This document shows, in pieces, positions 1 through 12,099 of a DNA stretch of 27,456 bases; position 1 is the first letter of the stretch, and every line of letters starts with the position of its first letter. Location: contig NW_021833376.1 of the NCBI RefSeq assembly GCF_006345805.1, positions 1-27,456 on the forward strand, given 5' to 3'. This stretch comes from Octopus sinensis (lineage: Eukaryota). The position numbers were made by a program, and so were the translations under genes. A model generated the notes under the pieces. The model was given only the letters and a program-made list of their open reading frames with translations, ran no database searches and was not told the DNA's origin.

Positions 1-73
1 TTTGTCCTCCGTACTAACGATATTCTCCACTCACAACCCACCCCTTCATCTAGCACAAACTTTTACCATATTG

Positions 74-281
74 GTTTCAAATTTTGGCACAAGGTCAGCA
101 ATTTTGAGAGAAGGGGTAAGACGATTACAATGACCTCATTTTTCATCTGGTACTAATTTTATCGAACGCAATAGAATGAAAAGCAAAGTCGACCTGAGTG
201 AAATTTGAACTCAGAACGTTAAAGACAGACTACATGTCGCCAAGTATTTCTCCCAGCGTGCTAACGATTCTGCCAGCTCGC
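74..281 (-). mobile_element. tRNA-derived SINE, family A (Octopus OR/OK-like), degraded
   Basis: The reverse complement has an A-box-like head (gcgagctggcagaatcgttagcacg), a B-box-like gttctgagttcaaatt, and the 3' end ccttgtgccaaaatttgaaac shared with other copies in the window. Confidence 0.85.
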
Positions 282-1322
282 TACTATCAGAACAAGCCTT
301 TATGATATTCCAAATCTATTTTCCTCTAAAATACAGGATGTTGTATCTTGTTAATTCTTTAATTTGTTTTAGCTATCATGGTTACGGCCACCTGACTAAG
401 AAGAAAGAAACCATAATTTTTTATCAGGTGGATCTGAAATAATTTTCTGAATATGTCATTAGTTGTTAGCAAGAATTTTAGCAGAATCAGAAATGACCAC
501 AACGAAGTTAGCATGTATTTGCAGATAATATTTTTTTTCTAATGATATTTTTCTAAAATTAATGCAGTAAAAAGTTTCAGGAAATATACTATGAGAGGGT
601 TCGGCGGTCATCATATAGACTTTAAAGAAGCTCCGGTATTGATTAAACGTCTTTTTTTTTTTTTACCAGGCTACGTTACTTCAATAATTCTTTCTGTCAT
701 GTCGCTAAAATGGTATGTAATGCTTTAGAATTTATAAGCTGCTTTGTAGAATAGAATATTAAATTACGTTATTGATCATACCAGATATTTGTGGCATTTG
801 ACAATATTCTAAAATGCATGCTAGAATGCATTCCACTTTCATCTCTGTGTTCAATCAATTCATTTTTTTTTACCGAGCTCTGTTTTAACTAATTCGTATT
901 ACCACTTTACCACTTCCAGAGCCTTTACTAAATGATATAAATTTTGTAACTTGTATTCGTTATTTTTAATAAAGAGCCTTTTTTATTCATAATCTTAAAT
1001 ATATTTTTTCATCCACTTCACTGGAAAATATTCAATGGTTTGTTTTTTCAATTGAAGAGAACAGTAGTGACTAGAAAGTCAATAATTAGCCGTGAAGATT
1101 ATTGCTTCTGTCTTTGATGCTTTCCGGAATATGATACAGTTATTTCAAAACATTATCTTATGATTTATAAAAAAAAAATGGCTACTATTACATTCTGAAA
1201 CTCGATCATTTAGTTAGCTTTATCTTTTATGTTGTTTAGTCATTCAGCTTCACTCGCAATGAAATGGGATTTATAATACAGTGGTAGTTGATCTAATTTT
1301 ATGCGGCTGTAAATCTCGCTCG

Positions 1323-1372
1323 TAATAATAATAATAATAATAATATAATATAATAATAATAATAATAATAAA
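1323..1372. repeat. (TAA)n microsatellite, imperfect
   Basis: Read directly from the sequence. Confidence 0.95.
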
Positions 1373-1381
1373 TATCGATAT

Positions 1382-1754
1382 CTTTTATTGCATGTTTCTG
1401 CTGTATAATCGAGCGCAGCTCACTGTTCCCTGGACACATGCAATGATTTGTTTTGTGCTTATTTTTTCCCTTTCCTACTGCAAGTACTCAATGCAATCAT
1501 ATGTGCAGTGCTTTGTGATATTACTGTCTATATGCTGTATTTTTGCCTATGTCCTGGGATGTGGGTTATGTATTTGTCTACATATTTTTGAATCATTACC
1601 AAAACTCATGTCATTATAAGGATAGTTTTTGTCTTCAGTCACCACATTCGGGTTATCTCTGATTCAAGATCTTTATATTCAATATTCAATAAGTTTCCCC
1701 CTTCTTTTTCAGAGATACAATATCGTCCGTTGAGATTGATAGTTTAACAAGAGG
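1382..1754 (-). mobile_element. Degraded 3' fragment of an R4/Dong-like retrotransposon (endonuclease C-terminus plus 3'UTR)
   Basis: The minus strand gives KYKDLESEITRMW, and the UTR contains cgagcgcagctc. Both match the better preserved copy at 10330-10725 (KYKDLEIEVTRMW; ccgagcgcagctc). Confidence 0.75.
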
Positions 1755-1769
1755 TTGCCCTTTACTGCT

Positions 1770-2345
1770 GGCAGCGAAGTCGGAGATGCCCAAGCTTATG
1801 CAAAGATCGGTAGATATATCCTAAACATCATACACCCCATGCTATACAATATGGAGCGGTTTGGAAATCGATTTGGCTTCGGTGGATTGCTAATCAATTT
1901 AGATTTGTTTAAAGGGTTCGACAAAGTCGACAATTGCTACTTAGCTGTTGTCCTTAGCACATCTGAATTTGGTTCCACTGTCAGAGATTGGACCGCTTCA
2001 ATATACTGTGACATCTGTTCGCCAATCTAATTTGCTATCTATCGGAAGCGTTATGCATCACGCATACTCTCCGTCAATGAGTCCCGCTCTCATCCTTTCC
2101 CAACGTTTTGGTACTCGAGCCACTGCCGCGGATGTTTGAAATTTTGAGGAGCATTCCGCTTATAATGTGACAAAGCAGAGTCATATCTACATCCACGATA
2201 ACGTCACTGTCATAGTATTGAAGACATCGGAAATAGATGTGGTCGGCACCATTTTCGAGGAACATCAAGAGGCAATGGGAGTAGGTATTAACCCGAATAA
2301 GACAATAGGCTTGCAACTCGGCACCAGGCAAGGTTAAGTCCATGA
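1770..2345 (+). mobile_element. Degraded Tx1/L1-like LINE reverse-transcriptase fragment
   Basis: Plus-strand pieces: GGLLINLDLFKGFDKVD (RT motif 3, D..KAFD.V); ITHTLRQ*VPLSSFPNVLVLEPL (decayed RQGCPLSP..LEPL); IHDNVTVIV...INPNKT (decayed YADD motif). Stops and frameshifts are present. Confidence 0.75.
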
Positions 2346-2419
2346 ATGTTGGCAACTTCTGTCGCTGAACCGAGGATTAGGTTGAGGTGTTTGGGGTTAG
2401 GTTCGGATCTTTCAGGTGG

Positions 2420-2775
2420 AAAAAAGTCGATTATATCGACCCCAGGGCGTAACTGGTACTTATTTAATCGATCCCGAAAGGATTAAAGGCAAAGTCGACC
2501 TCGGCGGAATTTGAACTTAGAACGTAGCGGCAGACGAAATACCTATTTCTTTACTGCCCACAAGGGGCTACACACAGAGGAGACAAACAAGGACAGACAA
2601 ACGGATTAAGTCGAATATATCGACCCCAGTGCTCAACTGGTCCTTAATTTATCGATCCCGAAAGGATGAAAGCCAAAGTCGACCTCGGCGGAATTTGAAC
2701 TCAGAACGTAAAGACAGACGAAATACCGCTAAGTATTGCGCCCGGTGTGCTAACGATTCTGCCAGCTCGCCGCCT

Positions 2776-2777
<2 letters not shown>
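2420..2777 (-). mobile_element. Dimeric family-A SINE (full head unit plus a second unit lacking the A-box, 3' truncated)
   Basis: Two tandem copies of gtcgacctcggcggaatttgaact (near 2495 and 2677). The head reads aaggcggcgagctggcag on the minus strand from 2777. Junction: gaaatacctatttc. Confidence 0.9.
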
Positions 2778-2816
<39 letters not shown>

Positions 2817-2826
2817 TAATAATAAT
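2778..2826. repeat. (TAA)n microsatellite
   Basis: Read directly from the sequence. Confidence 0.95.
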
Positions 2827-2859
2827 AAAGAGGTGGATTGGAAAAAAACGACTTGCTTC

Positions 2860-3023
2860 AGGTTTTCCGTTCTTTACGTTCTGAGTTCAAATTCCGCCGA
2901 GGTCGACTTTGTCTTTCATCCTTTCGAGGTCGATAAAATAAGTACGAGTTGAACACTGGAGTCAATGCAATCGCCTAGCTCTACTGTCCTTAGATTTCAG
3001 GCCTTGTGCCTACAGTAGAAAGG

Positions 3024-3080
<57 letters not shown>
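2860..3080 (+). mobile_element. Family-A SINE (5' truncated) with an (ATT)19 tail at 3024-3080
   Basis: gttctgagttcaaattccgccgaggtcgactttg ... ggccttgtgcctacagtagaaagg, followed by (att)n. Confidence 0.9.
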
Positions 3081-3290
3081 TGATGAAAACTTTCAGCTTA
3101 TTTTGCTGGGTATGATGGAAAGTGTCAGCTGTCCACAGCCAGCCGACTAAGGTGACACTTCTTTACTGGTCATGCTTCAAGAACCCCGCGAAGAATTCTT
3201 GCAGTTCCAAGCAATACTGACTTTTGTACCAGTCTCTTTCAGCCATGTTGGTAGTTGAGTGCTGATAGTTTCCAAGTGCGTCAATTATTG
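3081..3290 (-). mobile_element. 3'-terminal fragment of an R4/Dong-like retrotransposon
   Basis: The minus strand reads IIDALG, then after a frameshift VQKSVLLGTARILRGVLEA* (stop at 3170-3172). A ~90-nt 3'UTR follows and runs into (AAT)n. Confidence 0.8.
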
Positions 3291-3293
3291 TCA

Positions 3294-3408
3294 TTTGCCT
3301 TTCATCCTTTCGGGGTCGATAAATTAAGAACCAGTTGCGTACTGAAGTCGATCTAATCGACTGGCCCCTTCCTCTAAAATTTCGGGCCTTGTGCCTAGAG
3401 TACAAAAG

Positions 3409-3468
<60 letters not shown>
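3294..3468 (+). mobile_element. 3' half of a family-A SINE with an (ATT)20 tail (3409-3468)
   Basis: ttgcctttcatcctttcggggtcgataaattaag ... ggccttgtgcctagagtacaaaag, followed by (att)n. Confidence 0.88.
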
Positions 3469-3957
3469 GATGATAATAATAATAATCATAATATTTTTGT
3501 ACATATGTTATAAACTTCTTATATTTTATTGGATAAAAATTGCATATATTCCGCTTACTTTTGTATGTATGTTTGTGATTGTTGCTGTGCACGCGCGTTA
3601 GTTTCAAAATTATAGGTTTTTTTTTTAATAGAATACGTACATACATACATGCATTCATGCATGCATGAATACACACACATTTTCTCTCTTTTCATGAACA
3701 GAAATATTGGAAAATAATATGTGCATGCATTAATATCACAAATATACATACGAAAAGAGATACACACATCGTATACAAGTACACACGAAAGAAATATATA
3801 CACATACATACAGATCTGACACGCATCTAATATACACATAGGATACTGCATTTTGTGAATGAAAAGAACTCTTTTCTCCATTGATGTACGAAATCCACAG
3901 ATAATATATACAAGCAAACAACCACACAACCATACTCATAGAAAACTTAGACTCCTA

Positions 3958-4564
3958 GAAGGCGGCGAGCTGGCAGAAACGTTTGCACGCCGGGCGAAAT
4001 GCGTTGCCGTATTTCGTCTGCCGTTACGTTCTGAGTTCAAATTCCGCCGAGGTCGATTTGCCTTTCATCCTTTCTGGGTCGATAAATTAAGTACCAGTTA
4101 CGCACTGGGGTCGATATAATCGACTTAATCCGTTTGTCTGTCCTTGTTTGTCCCCTCTATGTTTAGCCCCTTCTGTGTAGTAAAGAAATAGGTATTTCGT
4201 CTGCCGTTACGTTCTGAGTTCAAATTTCGCAGAGGTCGACTTTGCCTTTCATCCTTTCGGCGTCGATTAAATAATTACCAGTTACGCACTGGGGTCGATA
4301 TAATCGACTTAATCCGTTTGTCTGTCCTTGTTCGATCTCTTTGTGTTTAGCCCCTTGCGGGTAGTAAAGAAATAGAAATAGGTATTTCGTCTGCCGCTAC
4401 GTTCTGAGTTCAAATTCCATCACAGTCGACTTTGCCTTTCATCCTTTCGGGGTCGATAAATTAAGTACCAGTTACGCACTGGGGTCGATGTAATCGACAT
4501 AATCCGTTTGTCTGTCCATGTTTGTCCCTTCTATGTTTAGCCCCTTGCGGGCAATAAAGAAATA
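3958..4564 (+). mobile_element. Trimeric family-A SINE flanked by an 18-bp target-site duplication
   Basis: Head aaggcggcgagctggcagaaacg. Three units with gtatttcgtctgccg at 4009, 4192 and 4382 (periods 183 and 190). agaaaacttagactccta occurs at 3940-3957 and again at 4565-4582. Confidence 0.93.
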
Positions 4565-4892
4565 AGAAAACTTAGACTCCTACATAAAACAAGTATCAAA
4601 CATACACATACACATTTGATAGCAAACGAATGCATACAAACACAAAGACAAATTATACATACATACATACATACAAACACACACCTGTGTGTGTGCATCT
4701 GTGTGTATATACTAAGTAAATTTAGGATTTCTCTGTATACCTCAGATTTATGTGCGTGAACCAGGTTAGGTGTGCGCATCTAGTTTCGAATGCACGTTTG
4801 TGTTGTGTCTCTATGTTGACTTTCATTGCGCTTCTAATAATCAGCTGCTTGCCGTCTTTCAATAAAAAGAAAATTCTTATCTGACTTGATAA

Positions 4893-4918
4893 GAGAAAGA
4901 GAGAGAGGGTGGGGAGGA

Positions 4919-4949
<31 letters not shown>
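4893..4949. repeat. (GA)n-rich purine tract
   Basis: Read directly from the sequence. Confidence 0.9.
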
Positions 4950-5135
4950 AACGGAAATCTTCTCCTTTGAGCGTTCCTAGGCCTAAAAATGTGCCTGGAT
5001 CTTATTTTAGACAAAATGACCTGTGAGCAATGATTACATTAGTTGAATAATTTTATCATCATAGCGTAGTGTTTTTGCTAAAACCCTTGCTCCAGCATGA
5101 CCATACTCTAATGACAAGTAAAAGGTTAAAGATTA

Positions 5136-5350
5136 TACACACAAACACACACACACACACCATATATGTATATTGGATATGTATGTATACATACCACATA
5201 CATATATATATATATAATGTATATATATATATGTATATATATAGATATATATATATATTATATATATATATATAATAATATATATATATATATATATATA
5301 TAAATTATAAACATACACACTCACACACATGCGCGCACATATACACATAT
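5136..5350. repeat. Compound (CA)n/(TA)n microsatellite
   Basis: Read directly from the sequence. It explains the Y/I-rich ORFs in this region. Confidence 0.95.
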
Positions 5351-5352
5351 AT

Positions 5353-5541
5353 CTTTTATGTTTTACTTGTTTCAGTCATTGGACTGCAGCCATGCTGGGG
5401 CACAGTCTTGAAGAATCTTAGTCGAACGAATCGACCCCAGTACTTATTGTTTTTAAAACTTGGTACTTCTTCTATCGGTCTTTCTGGCCGAACCGCTAAG
5501 TTGTGGGTGATGTTGTTAAGAGGTGATGAGGGACAAACCAC

Positions 5542-5572
<31 letters not shown>

Positions 5573-5716
5573 TCGATGAGGTTCTTTCATTTTCTGTCCA
5601 TCAAATCCACTCACAAAGCTTTAGTCGGTCCGAAGTTGCAGAAGTCAGTTGCTCAAGGTGCCACGCAGTGGGATTGAACCCAGAATAATATGGTTGGGGA
5701 GTAAAACAGAATGCCA
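5353..5716 (-). mobile_element. tRNA-headed SINE, family B, with an internal (CA)n tract
   Basis: Colinear with the copy at 17610-18030 (cagtcatt.gactgc.gccatgctgg; ccgaaccgctaagt; aaatccactcacaa; gtgccacgcagtggga.tgaaccc). Confidence 0.88.
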
Positions 5717-7119
5717 CTAACCTTTGTGGAAGAAGTTTATGTACTGAATGTATTTTATGCTAAGCGTGTATTTTGCGTATAAATGCTTTCGTTTTTCTAC
5801 CTTTCAAACACATACGTACTGCGCTAAAGCATTTAGAAGTGCTTTTTTGTAATGGTGTTAGCTATTTCTGGTTTAGTATTGAATTTAAAATTTTTATAAA
5901 ATTATTCTTCTATTTTCTTTTGTAGTTGATCATTTTTATCTTTTATTTTGTATATGAGGGATATTTAAAATTTTTCTTTTTGCACAAATGTCTAGATGTT
6001 TACAACAAGGAACATTTCTAAGAGATAAATCATTAATTTATTATCTATGCACGTTTACACGACTGGTTAGATTTGTTCCTGTTTCCCCAATGTAATTCTT
6101 ATTTCCTTTTTGGCATGTGATGCAGTAGATGAAATATTTTGCTTTGCAGTTCATGTTAGCATTGACTTTTAATTCCTTCCAATTATTGAATCTTTTGGTT
6201 GTTCCTTATTCAGTTATTTCACATGTCTCACAATGAGGATCTAAGCAGTTTGTAACTTGTATCATTTCTTTCTCTGATGTAAATCTCGCCTTTGTTAGAA
6301 ATCTCTTGAGATTTGGTGGTTATTTTCGGCTGTTGGTGATTTGTGATTTTAAAAATTATTTGTCGGAAATTTGATGCTTGAAGTAGAATTGGGAGGTATC
6401 GTTTAAGATTATGGTTGACTACAAATGGAATATTTATATTTGTATTTATGCTTTCACTCTTAGCACGAGTGTCTTTTTTTTTCGTAAGGTACAGATCGGG
6501 ATTTCTTTTGCTTCAATTATGACATGATTAATTTACTTTTTGGGTTTTTTCTGTTTTTGAAGAAACGTATTTAGTTCTATTCGTTGTTTCTCTCGGTATC
6601 TATAACTATTGAGCATATACGTGTCTTGCCATATTGCGTGCTATGTTCTTTTTTGTATGGAAAGGGCGACAAGAGCTAAAATCCAAATATTGATGTGTGT
6701 CTGTGTCCTTGTAGTAGAGATTGGCTGTAATTGTATCTTTTTCTTTATTAGAATTTTCAGAAAAGATAGTCCCTTACATTCATTTCCATAGTGGATTGGA
6801 TCGATTCGTGAATGTTGTTTATTAATTTGACGAATCTTTTAATGTTCTCTTTACTTTTCTTTCAAAATATGAAACAACAACCCCAAAATTTTCTCCAGTT
6901 TCCTATTAAATAGGTTTGGAAATGAAGATCGTATCTAGACAAAATCAAAATCAAAATACTCTGATGGAATGAAATATTTCCGAGGGACTATAAACAAAAG
7001 GATTTACAAAAAATTACCGATGGAAAAACCCTCAACTAATCGAAAAAACTGATCATCTGTTCTTCTACAGGAATGCAGATAAGCGATTGCTCTTCGTTTC
7101 CCACTTTCATCCAACATAG

Positions 7120-7560
7120 CCTTATTTAGAATAGGCATTGTGAATACATGTAGTCAGGGTTTGCTTTGCTCAGCGACCTCAGATCACAAGAGACAGATGT
7201 GGTGGCCATTAGAAAGACTTTCTGAGGCACAAGCCTTCACGCCCATCTTCGGTGGCTACGACATTTACACATTTCGAAGGAGACTGGGATCTAGAGGCAA
7301 AGAAGCTGTGTTGTTTCAGAAAGGTCTAGGTATCGAAATAGTGATTATCTTCTGGACCCAGAGTATAAGTCAGCTGAACTGGAATTGACTAGTAGGGAAG
7401 ACAATACCTTCCGATTAGTAACCGTTTCTGTCTCGACGGTGGAAAGGTAGATTTCTTTAGTATCTCGTATTTTATCTACGAACGTTCTGTACTTTAGCGC
7501 TCATAGGAGATTGGAATGACATCTTGGATGTACGATGAGTTTGTTGAATTAGCCAGTAGA
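7120..7560 (+). mobile_element. Degraded AP-endonuclease region of a Tx1/L1-like LINE
   Basis: Frameshifted pieces: IGIVNTCS; SQETDVVAI; AFTPIFGGYDIY; AVLFQKGLGIEI; LDPEYK..LELTS..NTFRLVTV; LALIGDWNDILD (the GD[W/F]N motif of APE-type endonucleases). Confidence 0.72.
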
Positions 7561-7717
7561 TGAGGGTAAATGAGGGGATACAAAAGCTTTACAAATCTGC
7601 TCAGATGTTGCCAACTCTCTGACTGGGTTTTCTCGATTGTGATAATGTAGGCAAGGACGGAATGCATTGCTGCCGATAGTAGTACTTTTTTCTCATTACG
7701 CACAATAAATTATTGCC

Positions 7718-8285
7718 ATTGAATGAGAGAGCAGTGCATGCCATCAAAGTGACACTGGGGTAAAATATATGAAGCCCAGTAGACCCATCATGACTACCCG
7801 TCAGATAAGGGTGCACCAGACATATGCATCACAACCATATGTGCAAGACATGGCGATCCTATATCAAGATAAACAGCGCATGACCTTGCAGGTGGGGCCC
7901 ACTTAGAATTTTCTTCAGGTCGAGTAGTCCATCTCACTCAAAAGGTCCCTGAATAAGGGCTGTTTAAGGATGTTGAACGAAACACCAATGTTTCCAAAGG
8001 TGAATTATTCAAACCCCAAAGAATTCCTCTCAACACATGGCTATGATGATCTCCCACTACTTCTGCTTGTGATCAGAGATGCACATATGGTCAACCACCA
8101 AGAGACATATTCAACTGGTTAAGGTCAAACAACTGACAAGCAAATCTGTGGTATTGGGCAGAATGATATTTGCTGTAGCCCATCTTTTATATCAAAACAA
8201 AACAATGTACATGATAACACTTACTATCAGTTAAGATCAGAAGCCATGAGAGCTAGTGCCTGATATTGCATCAGGTCATTGGTTA
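7718..8285 (-). mobile_element. Unclassified interspersed repeat (long copy)
   Basis: The first ~112 bp (gagagagcagtgcatgccatcaaagtgacactggggtaaaatatatgaagcccag...) recur at 11946-12058. No tRNA head and no ORF. Strand is inferred from the (AAT)n tail of the second copy. Confidence 0.7.
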
Positions 8286-8307
8286 CTAATATTATTGTTG
8301 TTGTTGA

Positions 8308-8537
8308 TTTGACTCATATTCAGTCTTATTCTTAGCAGGATTTATGTGGGTAGTGGGTTACTACCTATAATCTTAGTTATCCACTAGTTTTCAGTAGTCT
8401 TTCAAGTGCTTAGAACCCGTCTGATAATCTTTCATGTCTCTAAGAGGCAAACTTTCTGTGGAAGCTCTAAAGAACATTCTGTCGCAATCTCCTTCAACCA
8501 TTTGTCTATATCTTTGCTAACAGTTCTCAACGCACCA
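8308..8537 (-). mobile_element. R4/Dong-like 3' fragment (endonuclease C-terminus plus UTR)
   Basis: IGALRTVSKDIDKWLKEIATECSLELPQKVCLLET*KIIRRVLST*. The 5' end abuts (AAT)n; the 3' boundary is approximate. Confidence 0.85.

Positions 8538-8609
<72 letters not shown>
8538..8609. repeat. (ATT)24 perfect microsatellite
   Basis: Read directly from the sequence. Confidence 0.97.
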
Positions 8610-10725
<2,116 letters not shown>

Positions 10726-10786
<61 letters not shown>

Positions 10787-10797
10787 TATTATATTAT
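10726..10797. repeat. (ATT)n microsatellite
   Basis: Read directly from the sequence. Confidence 0.95.
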
Positions 10798-10798
10798 T

Positions 10799-11118
10799 TT
10801 CTTTCCTGTCTGTTGCCATTTCTTGCCGAGTGTCTTCCTGACACTTAAGGCAGAGACACTCATTGTATACATTGGTAGGTCATTAAAATAAACACACCAG
10901 ATAGTTCATTGACAAATCATGTGACAGAGAAAAAGGGGAAGACATACAGAAAAAGAAAAACAGAAAAAAACGAAAAAAAAGTAAACATAGAAAATAAAAG
11001 GGGAAAAAGGAAAGAAAATTCACAGCGACAATGCTCTTCTCAGTACGTGTGACGTACCAGTTAAGACGATCTTTAGCACTTCCTGCATGGATATTAATCC
11101 AGGGACCATTCTCAAATA
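10799..11118 (-). mobile_element. R4/Dong-like 3' fragment, distinct subfamily with a ~220-nt 3'UTR
   Basis: YLRMVPGLISMQEVLKIVLTGTSHVLRRALSL* (stop 11020-11022). The end of the coding region and part of the UTR match 12995-13118. Confidence 0.8.
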
Positions 11119-11133
11119 ATTTTATTATTATTT

Positions 11134-11925
11134 CTTTTTATCACAGGTTTTGTTGGAACTCCTGGGTCTTGCATGCGTACCTGCAGCCTACGGTAACATG
11201 CTATCTTTTCTTTACAGTTATTTAATACTTTTCTGATTATTCTGGCCGTGCCAAGGAGGCAGACCTTTTGTAACAGTTATACTGGGCACTCTATTCCTAT
11301 TTCTTTTATATTCCTTTTGATGCCTTCTGATACTGTCCCCAAGGACCCAACAATAATTGGCACTATCTTCACCTTCTTCATTTTCCATAGCTGGGCTATT
11401 TCGTACTTAAGAGGATTGTATTTATCTATGTTTTCGCCTTCCTTCTTGACTATTCGTGGGTCAAAGATGCATACAACATCAACTACGTAACATATATGGT
11501 GCATCTTGTCCACCACCACTAGGTCCGGTCTGTTATGCTTTAGCACCTGCTCTGTTGGAATGGGTAAGTCCCTGAGGATTTTGCTGGTCTTCGACTTCGC
11601 CACTCTCTGCGGTTTGTGTTCATACCACGTCTTTCCGTTCTCTACCTCCCACTTTTATCACAGTTTCCAGTGTAGTACTTTCGCTACCTGGTCGTGTCGC
11701 TACAACTTGTAGTGGTTTTAGGCAAGTCTAGGGCATTCGTTCGTGATATGGGGAATGGTTTCATCCACTATATTACGGATGCGGCACAGCAGAGACACTT
11801 ATTTGTTCCAAAGGTTGACTCCCCAGTTCGTGGCTGAAGCTTGGTCTTGCATTGTCAGTATAGTGCTCTCGGTTTCTTTTTTTTAGCATTCCTTTCTTCA
11901 ACCAATCCCACCTATTTTTTCCAGC
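11134..11925 (-). mobile_element. Degraded R4/Dong-like fragment (decayed CCHC plus endonuclease)
   Basis: RHDQVAKVLHWKL..WYEHKP; HNRPDLVVVD..CYVVDV..KYNPLKYEI..IIVGSLG..CLLGTARIIRKVL. Confidence 0.88.
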
Positions 11926-11945
11926 ATGTTGTTGTTATTATTATT

Positions 11946-12058
11946 ATTGAGTGAGAAAGCAGTGCATGCCATCAAAGTGACACTGGGGTAAAATATATGA
12001 AGCCCAGTATACCCATCATGACCACCCGTCTGATAAGGGTACACTAGGCACATGCATC
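11946..12058 (-). mobile_element. Short copy of the unclassified repeat at 7718-8285
   Basis: Near-identical to 7718-7830. On the minus strand it ends in an (AAT)n/(AAC)n tail at 11927-11948. Confidence 0.8.
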
Positions 12059-12099
12059 TATTGTGGTTGCATGGAATTGATAGTATAGTCCCTTCTTGC

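Noticed and set aside
985-1022. Possible minus-strand last exon (ttttccag|T GAA GTG..EVDEKIYLRL*) with AATAAA overlapping the stop
   Set aside because: It is too short and AT-rich to distinguish from chance, with no linked upstream exon or recognisable product.
2370-2405. TTAGG-like words suggesting interstitial telomere repeats
   Set aside because: They are isolated and non-tandem, at the edge of a LINE remnant.
3959-4564. Regularly spaced ~185-bp repeats that look like a CRISPR array or satellite
   Set aside because: The whole units are homologous, with no unique spacers. They are SINE bodies inside a TSD in eukaryotic DNA.
7050-7120. Plus-strand acceptor-like site ctgatcatctgttcttctacag|G
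   Set aside because: All three frames stop within about 20 codons, no donor follows, and the sequence runs into the LINE endonuclease remnant.
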